Positions 55,173-64,000 of a DNA stretch of 64,000 nt are shown one piece after another (positions within the stretch are counted from its first letter, which is position 1; every line of letters begins with the position of its first letter). The DNA lies in NCBI GenBank assembly GCA_963762145.1, contig CAVXJS010000021.1:448001-512000 (forward strand), written 5' to 3'. Under the pieces are notes generated by a model, which saw nothing but the letters and a program-made list of their open reading frames with translations, was not told where the DNA came from and did no database searches. Source of the stretch: an uncultured Candidatus Rokubacteria bacterium (lineage in GTDB: Bacteria; Methylomirabilota; Methylomirabilia; Rokubacteriales; CSP1-6). The translations under genes and the position numbers were made by a program.

Positions 55173-56203
55173 GACGCCGGCCCGCGCCGGACCAGGTCGG
55201 CCAGCATCGCGATGAACGCGGGGTGATCGTTGGCGGCGGCGGCGCGATGGAAGCCGATCCGGCAGGACTCGGCCACCGCCTTCGCCTCCACGTCGAGGTC
55301 GTAGAGCACCTCGACGTGATCGCAGACGAAGCCGACCGGGACGACCACGACGTCGCGCGCGCCGTCCCGCGCCAGGGTCCGGATGACGTCGGCGACGTCG
55401 GGCTCGAGCCACGCATCGCGAGGCGAGCCGCTCCGGCTCTGGTAGGCCACCGACCACCCGGCGGCCCGGCCGAGCGCGGCGGCGACGGCACGCGCCGCCG
55501 TCTCGAGCTGGGCCGCGTAGGGCGAGGCCGCCGCCATGGCCACCGGGACGCTGTGGGCGGTGAAGACGAGGCGCGCGTCGGCCCGGCGGGCGGGCTCGAT
55601 CGCGGCGAGCGCAGACCGCGCGCGGTCCGCCATCGCCTCGATGAACCGCGGATGGTCGCTCCAGGGCGGCGCGTAGACGACCTCGGGCGAGTCCGGGCCG
55701 ACCTTCTCGCGCGCCGCCGCCACGTCCTCCACGTAGCGCGACCACGAGGCCTCGGTCTGGAGCGACGAGAGGATGATGCCGAGGGCCCGGCGGCAGCCCC
55801 GGTCCTTCATCTCGGCCAGGGTCTCGTGAAGGAACGGATGCCAGTTGCGCATGCCCACCCAGACCGGCAGGGCGCGCCCGCCGGCGGCGAGCGCCGCGCG
55901 CAGCCCGTCGGCCTGGCCGCGGGTCAGCGCGTTGAGCGGCGAGCGGCCGCCCATCAGGTCGTAATGGTGCGCGACTTCCTCGAGACGCTCGGCGGGGATC
56001 CGGCGGCCCGCGGTGACGATCTGGAGAAACGGGCGGACGTCCTCCGGCCGCTCCGGGCCGCCGAAGGCGATGAGCAGGACCGCATCGATGGCCTTCTCCC
56101 TCCTTCCAGGGAGAGGGTCGGGGAGAGGCGCATGCCCGCTCGACGCCACCCCCTCACCCTCCCCTCTCCGCGTCTCGGAGGAGAGGGATTCCGAGTCGAT
56201 CAT
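55169..56203 (-). CDS. hemH: Ferrochelatase (coproporphyrin/protoporphyrin) with a REP-derived N-terminal insertion
   Basis: AFGGPE, GGRSPLN, FTAHSVP, WLEPD and GFVCDHVEVLYDLD; ATG overlaps the hemE stop. Confidence 0.92.
   Translation of the reverse strand: MIDSESLSSETRRGEGEGVASSGHAPLPDPLPGRREKAIDAVLLIAFGGPERPEDVRPFLQIVTAGRRIPAERLEEVAHHYDLMGGRSPLNALTRGQADGLRAALAAGGRALPVWVGMRNWHPFLHETLAEMKDRGCRRALGIILSSLQTEASWSRYVEDVAAAREKVGPDSPEVVYAPPWSDHPRFIEAMADRARSALAAIEPARRADARLVFTAHSVPVAMAAASPYAAQLETAARAVAAALGRAAGWSVAYQSRSGSPRDAWLEPDVADVIRTLARDGARDVVVVPVGFVCDHVEVLYDLDVEAKAVAESCRIGFHRAAAANDHPAFIAMLADLVRRGPAS
56097..56187. repeat. Inverted pair of family-A REP units inside the hemH 5' coding region
   Basis: ccctccttccagggagagggtcggggagagg and cccctcaccctcccctctcc...ggagaggg. 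Confidence 0.75.
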
Positions 56204-57237
56204 CGAACCGAGAGCTCGTGGACGATGTCCACCAGCGCCTTCACGTGCTCGACCGGCGTGTCCTTGTGGATGCCGTGCCCGAGGTTGAACACGTGGCCCG
56301 GCCGGCCGGCCGCCCCGTCGAGGATCTCGCGGGCCGCGCGGCGGATCGCGGGCACGCCGGCCAGCAGCACCGCCGGGTCCAGGTTGCCCTGCACCGCCAC
56401 GTCGTGGCCGAGCCGGGCCCACGTGGCGCCGAGCTCCACGCGCCAGTCGAGCCCGATGACGTCGCCGCCCGCCCCTCTCATGAGCGACAGCAGCCCGCCG
56501 GTGCCCACGCCGAAGTGGATGACCGGCACGCGGGGCCGCAGGGCGGCGATCGCGCGCCGCGAGTACGGGAGCACGAAGTCGCGGTAGTCGGCGGGCGAGA
56601 GCGCGCCCACCCACGAGTCGAAGAGCTGGACCGCCTGGACGCCCGCCGCGATCTGCCCGTTGAGGTACTCGGCGGTGATGTCCGCGAGCCGCGTCATCAT
56701 CGCGGCCCACGCCTCGGACTCCTCGCGCATGAAGGTCTTGGTGAGGAGGAACTCGCGGGAGGGCCCGCCCTCGATCAGGTACGAGGCGAGCGTGAACGGC
56801 GCGCCCGCGAAGCCGATGAGGGGCACCCGGTCGGCGAGCGCCTTGCGCACGCGCCGCACCGTCTCGAACACGAAGCCGACCGCGTCCTCCACGTCCACCG
56901 CGGGCAGCGCCCGCGCCGCCGCCGCGGAGCGCACCGGACGCTCGATGCGGGGGCCATCGCCGGGGGTGAACTCGAGCCCTGCTCCGAGCGGCTCGAGCAC
57001 GAGGAGGATGTCGGCGAAGAGGATCGCCGCGTCCACGCCCAGGCGCTCCACCGGCTGCAGGGTGACCTCCGCGGCCGCGTCGGGGCTCTTGCACAGCTCG
57101 AGGAAGCCGAGCCGCGCCCGCACCGCACGGTACTCCGGCATGTAGCGCCCCGCCTGCCGCATGAGCCAGATCGGCGTGAACGGCGTGGGCCGGCGGAGAC
57201 ACGCGTCGAGGAAGGCGGCGGGAACGGCCGGCGACAT
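56200..57237 (-). CDS. hemE: Uroporphyrinogen decarboxylase
   Basis: PIWLMRQAGRYMPEY, FADIL, QLFDSW, QGNLDP and FNLGHG. Confidence 0.97.
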   Translation of the reverse strand: MSPAVPAAFLDACLRRPTPFTPIWLMRQAGRYMPEYRAVRARLGFLELCKSPDAAAEVTLQPVERLGVDAAILFADILLVLEPLGAGLEFTPGDGPRIERPVRSAAAARALPAVDVEDAVGFVFETVRRVRKALADRVPLIGFAGAPFTLASYLIEGGPSREFLLTKTFMREESEAWAAMMTRLADITAEYLNGQIAAGVQAVQLFDSWVGALSPADYRDFVLPYSRRAIAALRPRVPVIHFGVGTGGLLSLMRGAGGDVIGLDWRVELGATWARLGHDVAVQGNLDPAVLLAGVPAIRRAAREILDGAAGRPGHVFNLGHGIHKDTPVEHVKALVDIVHELSVR

Positions 57238-57315
57238 GCTGCCCGAAGCCTACAGGCGGGTACTGGCGCAGTCAAGGAAGCGGGGCTATCATCCGGCAGC
57301 GAGGAGGCTCTCCCA

Positions 57316-58989
57316 ATGCCCTTTCTCTCCGGCAAGCAGGCGTTTCTTCAGATCCTGAAGGACGAAGGCGTCGACACCATGTTCGGCAATCCGGGCACCA
57401 CCGAGCTGCCCTTGATGGACGGGCTCGTGCGGGAGCCGAGCATCCGCTACATCCTCGCGCTGCAGGAAGCGGTCGCGATCAGCATGGCCGACGGCTACGC
57501 GCAGGCGAGCGGCAAGCTGGGCGTGGTCAACGTCCACACCTCGCCCGGCCTCGGCAACGCGATGGGCATGCTCTACGACGCCTACGAGGCGGGGACGCCC
57601 CTGCTCGTCACCGCAGGCCAGCACGATCAGGCCATGAACCTCACCGAGCCCATCCTCTGGTCCGATCTGCCCCCGGTGGCGCGCCCGTACGTGAAGTGGT
57701 CGCACGAGATCACCCGGCTCGAGGACCTGCCCCGCGCGGTCCGGCGCGCGGTCAAGACCGCGATGGCGCATCCCACCGGCCCGGTGTTCATCTCGCTGCC
57801 GGTGGACGTGCTGAACGCGGAGCGCGAGCTGGACCTGATGCAGTCCACCCGCGTGGCCCCGCGCATCCGCGGCGACCGCGGCGCGATCGAGGCGGCCGCC
57901 GACCTCCTGGCGAAGGCGTCCCGGCCGATCCTGATCTCGGGCGACGCGGTGGCCCACGGCGACGCGCTCGCCGAGATGGCCCAGCTCGCAGAGCTGCTCG
58001 GCGCGCCGGTGTACACCGAGTGCGTGCCCTCCACCTGCTCCTTCCCGTTCACGCACCCGCTCTACCACGGCCCGTTCCCGCGCCTCGGCCAGCCCATCCG
58101 CCAGCTCCTCATGCAGCACGACCTGCTGTTCTCGGTGGGCGGCGACCTCTTCACGCTCTCACTACCCTCGGACGTGGAGCCGATGCCGGAAGGGCTGCCC
58201 CTGATCCATCTCGACCTCGATCCCTGGGAGATCGGCAAGAACTACCCGGCCCAGGTGGCGATCCAGGGCGATCCGAAGGCCACGCTGCCCGAGCTGGTGG
58301 AGGCCCTCAAGCGGCGCCAGACCGCGTCGCAGGCCAAGGACGTGAGCGCGCGCGTGGAGAAGCTGCGGGTCGCCCAGGAGGCGCGGCGCGAGGCGCTGCG
58401 CCAGGAAGCGGCCGCCCAGGCGAGCCGTCACCCCATCAGCCCGCTCGCGCTGGTCGGCGCGGTCGCGGGCGCGGTCCCGGACGAGGCCATCATCGTGGAC
58501 GAGACCATCTCCTCGAGCCACGGCGTGCGCGAATTGCTCCGCGCCCGCGACCACCGCGGCTTCTACGGCCTGCGGGGCGGCGGCATCGGCTGGGGCCTGC
58601 CCGCCTCCATCGGCGTGAAGCTGGCCCAGCCCAACCGGCCGGTGATCGCGCTGGTGGGCGACGGCAGCGCGATGTACACGATCCAGTCGCTGTGGACGGC
58701 CGCGCACGACTCCGTCGCGGTGGTCTTCGTGATCTTCAACAACCAGTCCTACCGCATCCTCAAGCAGCGCACCCAGGCCCTCAAGGGCTTCTCGGCGGAG
58801 GACAACGAGTACGTGGCGATGGACCTGATCAAGCCGGGCCTCGACTACGTGGGCCTCGCGAAGGCGCAGGGCGTGCCCGGCGAGACGGTGGAGAAGGCGC
58901 CCGACATCGCCACCGCGATCAAGCGCGGGATGGCCTCCGGCGGGCCCTACCTGGTGGACGTCCGCATCGACGGCTCGCTGCGCGCCTGA
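57316..58989 (+). CDS. Thiamine pyrophosphate enzyme, benzoylformate decarboxylase-like
   Basis: FGNPGTTE, GGGIGWG and GDGSAMY...NN TPP motif. Confidence 0.9.
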   Translation: MPFLSGKQAFLQILKDEGVDTMFGNPGTTELPLMDGLVREPSIRYILALQEAVAISMADGYAQASGKLGVVNVHTSPGLGNAMGMLYDAYEAGTPLLVTAGQHDQAMNLTEPILWSDLPPVARPYVKWSHEITRLEDLPRAVRRAVKTAMAHPTGPVFISLPVDVLNAERELDLMQSTRVAPRIRGDRGAIEAAADLLAKASRPILISGDAVAHGDALAEMAQLAELLGAPVYTECVPSTCSFPFTHPLYHGPFPRLGQPIRQLLMQHDLLFSVGGDLFTLSLPSDVEPMPEGLPLIHLDLDPWEIGKNYPAQVAIQGDPKATLPELVEALKRRQTASQAKDVSARVEKLRVAQEARREALRQEAAAQASRHPISPLALVGAVAGAVPDEAIIVDETISSSHGVRELLRARDHRGFYGLRGGGIGWGLPASIGVKLAQPNRPVIALVGDGSAMYTIQSLWTAAHDSVAVVFVIFNNQSYRILKQRTQALKGFSAEDNEYVAMDLIKPGLDYVGLAKAQGVPGETVEKAPDIATAIKRGMASGGPYLVDVRIDGSLRA

Positions 58990-59156
58990 GCGCGGGCGGC
59001 GGACTCGGCCGCGCGGCCGCGTCCTGCTCGCGGCCCGAGACGTACGCGCGCGGCAACGCTCTTGCGCTGTCCCGGGCCGCGGGTATACCGTCATCTGCGC
59101 ATGCCGGCCCGCGTATGCCGTCCGCGGAATACTCGCCGCTTCGAGAGGAGTCAACG

Positions 59157-60288
59157 ATGACCGAAGGCAGCCAGCTCATCCGGGGTCTGGAGGGGGTGGT
59201 CGCCGCCGAGACGCGTCTCTGCGACCTGGACGGCCGGAACGGACGCCTCGCCTACGGCGGCTACGACATCGACGAGCTGGCGCGACAGGCCACCTTCGAG
59301 GACGTGGCCTACCTGCTCTGGCACGACGAGCTGCCCGCCCGGGGGCCCCGCGAGAAGTTCCAGGCCGAGCTGGCGGCCGCGCGGCCCATTCCCGACGCGC
59401 TGATCCGCGCTTTCGCGCTCATGCCGCGAGACACCGATCCCATGCGGGTGCTCCAGGCCGCCGTCGCGATCCTCGGCATGCACGATCCGGACGCCACCGA
59501 CAACTCGCGCGCGGCCAACCTGCGCAAGTCGGTGCGGCCTGACCAGCCAGTTCGCGACCGCCATCTGCGCGCATCATCGCGTGCGGAACGGGCAGGCGCC
59601 GGTGCCGCCGTCGAAAGAGCTCTCCCACGCGGCCAACTTCCTGTACATGCTCACCGGCGAGGCCCCGAGCCCGGTCACCACCCGGGCGGTGGACGCGAGC
59701 CTCACCCTCTACGCCGAGCACGAGCTGAACGCGTCCACCTTCACGACGCGCGTCATCGCGGCCACCCTCTCGGACATGCACTCCGCGGTGGCGGGCGGGG
59801 TGGGCGCGCTGAAGGGCACGCTCCACGGCGGCGCGGGCGAGGCGGTGATGCGCACCCTTCTGGAAGTCGGCTCGCTCGACAACGTGGACAGCTTCGTGGA
59901 CCGCTCGATGAGCGAGAAGCGGCGGCTGATGGGCTTCGGGCACCGCGTCTACACCGCGGGCGACCCGCGCGCGACGATCCTGAAGGGCCTCGCCGAGGCG
60001 GCGTGCCGCCAGTCGGGCCAGGCGCTCTGGTACGACCTGGCGGTCGCGCTCCACGCCAAGGTGCAGGCCACCAAGCGCCTCATTCCCAACGTGGACTTCT
60101 ACTCGGCGCCGCTCTTCTACTCGATCGGGATCCCGGTGGACCTCTTCACCCCGGTCATCGCGGCGTCCCGCATCGCGGGCTGGACCGCCAACCTGCTCGA
60201 GCAGTACGATGACAACCGCCTGATCCGCCCCCGCGCCGACTACAAGGGCCACCCCCGCCGCCCCTTCGTCCCCCTCGACAAGCGATAA
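59157..60288 (+). CDS. Citrate/2-methylcitrate synthase (frameshift near 59538)
   Basis: GLEGVVA, AEHELNASTF, LHGGA, MGFGHRVY and PNVDFY. Confidence 0.9.
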
Positions 60289-60301
60289 GATAGAAGCCGC
60301 C

Positions 60302-62239
60302 ATGGGCCAGAGCCTGACCCGCAAGCTCCTGGACGCCCACCTGGTCTCCGGCAAGACGGTGGCCGGCGAAGAGATCGGGCTCCGCGTGGACCAGGCCCTG
60401 CTCACCGACACCAACGGGACGATGGCGTTCCTGCAGTTCGAGGCCATGGGCTTCCCGCGCGTGCGCCCGTCGCGCGTGGTCGCCTACATCGACCACAACG
60501 TCTACCAGGTGGACTCGCGCAACTCGGACGACCACCGGTACCTGCAGACCGCGTCGAGCCGCTACGGGGCCTGGTTCTCCAAGCCGGGCAACGGCATCTG
60601 CCACCAGGTCCACTTCGAGTCCTTCAGCGTCCCCGGCCAGTTCGTGCTGGGCACCGACAGCCACACCCCGCTCTGCGGCTCGACCGGCATGCTGGCCATC
60701 GGCGCGGGCGGCCTCGACGTGGCGGTGGCGATGGGCGGCGGGCCGTACCACGTGGTCATGCCGCGCGTGATCTCGGTGTGGCTCACCGGATCGCTGCGCC
60801 CGTGGGTCTCGGCCAAGGACGTGATCATGGAGCTGCTGCGGCGCTACACCGTGCGCGGCGGCAGCGGCCGGATCTTCGAGTACGGCGGACCCGGGGCGGC
60901 GACCCTCTCGCTTCCCCAGCGGGCCACCATCTGCAACATGGGCGCCGAGCTCACGCTGACCACCAGCGTGTTCCCCTCGGACGAGGCGACGCGCGAGTAC
61001 TTCCGCCTCCTCGGACGCGAGGCCGACTGGCGTCCCCTGGCCGCGGACGCCGACGCGGAGTACGACGACCGGATCGAGCTCGATCTCTCGAGCCTCGAGC
61101 CGCTGGTCGCCATGCCCGGATCGCCGGATCGCGTGGTCCCGGTGTCCGAGGTCGAGGGGCTCGAGATCGAGCAGGTGATGGTGGGCTCCTGCACCAACTC
61201 CTCGTGGGAGGACATGCAGGCGGTGACCCGCGTGCTCGAGGGCCGCAAGGTCGCGCCGTCGGTCTCCTTCGTGGTCTTCCCGGGCAGCCACCGCATCCTC
61301 GAGGTGATGGCGCGCGAGGGGCTGCTCGCCACCCTGCTCGCGGCGGGCGCCACGATCTCCGAGCCCACCTGCGGCGCCTGCGCGGGCATCGGCCACGTGC
61401 CCGCCTCGGGCGGACGGAGCCTGCGGGCCTTCAACCGCAACTTCCCGGGCCGGAGCGGCACCAAGGACGACGCGGTCTACCTGTGCTCGCCGCTGACCGC
61501 CGCCGTCTCCGCCCTCAGTGGGCGCATCAGCGATCCGCGCAAGGCCGGCGCGCCGCCCGAGCGGCACTGGCCGGCGAGCCTGCTGGCCTCGGTGGCCGGG
61601 CTGATCCCGCCGCTGGCGCCGTCCGAGGCCGCGGGCGTCGAGGTCCTCAAGGGGCCGAACATCAAGCCGGTGCCGCGCGGCGTTCCGACCGAGGAGCGGC
61701 TGACCGCGCCGGTGCTCATCAAGCTCGGCGACAAGGTCTCCACCGACGACATCTCCCCGTCCGGCACCGCGGTGCTGATGTTCCGCTCCAACGTGCCGGC
61801 CATCTCCGAGTTCTGCTTCCGCAACGTGGATCCCGACTTCGTGGCGCGCGCCCGCGCGGCGGGCGGCGGCGTGATCGTGGGTGGCGAGATCTACGGCCAG
61901 GGCTCGTCGCGCGAGGCGGCGGTGCTCTCGCCGCTGCACCTGGGAGTGCGGGCGGTGCTGGCCAAGAGCTTCGCCCGCATCCACCGATCCAACCTGATCA
62001 ACTGGGGCATCGCGCCGCTCGAGTTCGAGAACCCGGCGGACGCCGACGCCATCGAGCGCGACGACGTGCTCGACTTCGAGAACCTGCGCGAGAGCCTCGC
62101 GGCGGGCACCGCGGTGGCGGTGGTGAACCGGCGCACCGGGGCGCGCTTCCGGATGCGCGCGATCCTGAGCCCGCGCGAGCGCGACATGCTGCTGGCCGGC
62201 GGCCTGCTCACCCAGACCGCCGCCTCCAGGGGGGAATAG
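60302..62239 (+). CDS. Aconitate hydratase, short Aquifex-type
   Basis: DHN, GNGICHQ, DSHT, GSCTNSS, CGACAG, NRNFPGR and YGQGSSRE. Confidence 0.9.
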   Translation: MGQSLTRKLLDAHLVSGKTVAGEEIGLRVDQALLTDTNGTMAFLQFEAMGFPRVRPSRVVAYIDHNVYQVDSRNSDDHRYLQTASSRYGAWFSKPGNGICHQVHFESFSVPGQFVLGTDSHTPLCGSTGMLAIGAGGLDVAVAMGGGPYHVVMPRVISVWLTGSLRPWVSAKDVIMELLRRYTVRGGSGRIFEYGGPGAATLSLPQRATICNMGAELTLTTSVFPSDEATREYFRLLGREADWRPLAADADAEYDDRIELDLSSLEPLVAMPGSPDRVVPVSEVEGLEIEQVMVGSCTNSSWEDMQAVTRVLEGRKVAPSVSFVVFPGSHRILEVMAREGLLATLLAAGATISEPTCGACAGIGHVPASGGRSLRAFNRNFPGRSGTKDDAVYLCSPLTAAVSALSGRISDPRKAGAPPERHWPASLLASVAGLIPPLAPSEAAGVEVLKGPNIKPVPRGVPTEERLTAPVLIKLGDKVSTDDISPSGTAVLMFRSNVPAISEFCFRNVDPDFVARARAAGGGVIVGGEIYGQGSSREAAVLSPLHLGVRAVLAKSFARIHRSNLINWGIAPLEFENPADADAIERDDVLDFENLRESLAAGTAVAVVNRRTGARFRMRAILSPRERDMLLAGGLLTQTAASRGE

Positions 62240-62242
62240 CTC

Positions 62243-63342
62243 ATGGCCCAGCATCGGGTCCGGGCGGTCTACATGCGCGGCGGCACCAGCCGCTGCCTCG
62301 CCTTCCACGAGCGCGACCTGCCCCCGGCGGGGCCCGAGCGCGACCGCATCCTGCTCTCCGCGCTGGGCAGCCCCGACCCCTACGGCCGCCAGCTCGACGG
62401 GCTGGGCGGCGGCATCTCGTCGCTGTCGAAGGCCTTCATCATCGGCGCCCCCACCCATCCGGACGCGCAGGTGGACTACACCTTCGCGCAGGTCGAGGTG
62501 AGCCGGACCGTGGTGGACTACACCGGCAACTGCGGCAACTGCTCCTCGGCGGTGGGGCCCTTCGCCATCGACGAGCGCCTCGTGCCGTCGGCCGACGGCG
62601 AGACCGTCGGTGCGGATCCACAACACCAACACCAAGAAGATCATCGTGGCGCGCGTGCCGGTGGCGGACGGCGAGGCCGCGGTGCTGGGCGACTTCGAGC
62701 TCCCCGGCGTGGCCGGCCTCGGCGCGCGCATCGCGCTCGACTTCCTCGAGCCGGGCGGCGCCCGCACCGGCCGGCTGCTGCCCTCCGGGCGGGCGCGCGA
62801 GATCATCGCCGGGGTCGAGGCCTCGATGGTGGACGCCACCAACCCGATGGTCTTCGTCCGCGCCAAGGACCTCGGGCTCACCGGCATCGAGACCCCGCAG
62901 GCGATGGACGGCGACCACGCGCTGGTGGCGCGGCTCGAGGCCATTCGCGTGGGCGCCGCGGAGGCGATGGGCATCCCGGGCAGCGCGGCGACTCCGAAGA
63001 TCGCGGTGGTGGCGCCGCCCTACCGGCTTCGTCGCGCTCGACGGCGCCGCCTACGACCCCGAGCAGACCGACGTGGTCGCGCGCTGCATCTCGATGGGCA
63101 ATGCCCATCGCGCGTTCGCGCTGACCGCGGCGATGTGCCTGGCGGTGGCCGCCCAGATCGACGGCACGGTGGTGAGCGAGTGCGCGGGCGGCCGCGTCGG
63201 CGACCTGCGGCTCGGTCACCCGTCGGGCGTGCTCCCCATCGCGGCGACGGTGGGCCGCAAGGACGGCGCGCCCTGGGCCGAGCGCGTGACGGTGTACCGC
63301 ACGGCGCGCCGGCTCATGGAAGGCTACGTGAGGGTGCCGTGA
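62243..63342 (+). CDS. prpF: PrpF family (methylaconitate-type) isomerase (frameshifts near 62610 and 63020)
   Basis: MRGGTSR, GLGGGISSLSK, GNCGN, HPSG and RTARRLMEG. Confidence 0.85.
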
Positions 63343-63378
63343 CCGCGGGGCGCCCGCCCGCGCTGACCCCGCGCTGAA

Positions 63379-64000
63379 ATGCCGCTGCCGACGCTCACCG
63401 ACGAGCACGAGATGCTCCGCCGGACGGTCCGCGCCTTCGTGGAGAAGGAGGTCGCGCCCCAGGTGGACGCCTGGGAGGAGGCCGGCCGCATCCCGCGCGC
63501 GTTCTGGCGGCGGCTGGGCGAGCTCGGTCTCCTCGGTCTCGAGTTCCCCACCGAGTACGGCGGCGCGGGCGGCGACTTCCTCTCGAGCGTGGTGCTGGGC
63601 GAGGAGATGGCCCGCTGCCGCTCCGGCGGCGTCGCCTTCAGCGTGCTCGTGCACACCGACATGTCTTCGCCCTGGCTCACCCGCTACGGCACCGACGCGC
63701 AGAAGCGCCGCTACCTGCCGGGCATCGTGAGCGGCGAGACGGTCTGCGCGCTCGGCATCACCGAGCCGGGCACGGGGTCGGACATGGCGAGCATCGCGAC
63801 GCGGGCGGTGCGCGACGGTGACGGGTACCGGCTGACCGGCAGCAAGATCTTCATCACCAACGGGGTGTACGGGGATCTCTACTTCGTCGCCGCCCGCACC
63901 GGCCCCGGCACCGCGGAGCGCCGGCACGCGGGCATCTCGATGTTCCTGGTGGAGCGCGACACGCCCGGCTTCACGGTGAGCCGGCGTGCTCGACAAGATG
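63379..64000 (+). CDS. Acyl-CoA dehydrogenase (partial, runs off the window)
   Basis: TDEHEMLRRTVRAFVEKE, EYGGAG, ITEPGTGSD and GSKIFITNG. Confidence 0.9.
   Translation, partial: MPLPTLTDEHEMLRRTVRAFVEKEVAPQVDAWEEAGRIPRAFWRRLGELGLLGLEFPTEYGGAGGDFLSSVVLGEEMARCRSGGVAFSVLVHTDMSSPWLTRYGTDAQKRRYLPGIVSGETVCALGITEPGTGSDMASIATRAVRDGDGYRLTGSKIFITNGVYGDLYFVAARTGPGTAERRHAGISMFLVERDTPGFTVSRRARQD

Noticed and set aside
1-64000. tRNA/rRNA genes, transposases, integrases, prophage or defence systems
   Set aside because: No such sequences or motifs were recognised. The CHAT protein is exported and has no linked gasdermin or Cas gene, so a defence role is unsupported.

Overview
Very GC-rich (roughly 70% by eye), gene-dense bacterial chromosome segment. 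Gene content and repeat style suggest Ca. Rokubacteria/Methylomirabilota (inference only). Many otherwise intact genes carry single-base frameshifts, probably long-read indel errors. There are no rRNA, tRNA, CRISPR, phage or transposase genes. Content includes: a PEP-CTERM protein; acyl-CoA and CoA-dependent catabolic enzymes; an Ada/AlkA fusion; a dispersed cytoplasmic peptidoglycan-sugar recycling set (murQ, namZ, nagZ, a kinase and an SSS transporter); a CHAT protease/CHASE2 cyclase/FecR-like operon; a 2-hydroxyisobutyryl-CoA mutase operon with an epoxide hydrolase; hemE-hemH-hemY; and citrate synthase-aconitase-prpF. Signals missed by the ORF track: (1) a UGSC-motif selenoprotein split at an in-frame UGA (10459-10461), followed by a well-formed SECIS hairpin and coupled to a conserved partner gene; (2) a CHASE2 cyclase with guanylate-cyclase-like specificity residues inside the secreted CHAT protease operon; (3) a sigma54-driven CPxCG zinc-ribbon microprotein operon; (4) four sigma54 promoters and many apparently leaderless genes; (5) two REP/MITE-like repeat families, one inserted in frame into hemH.
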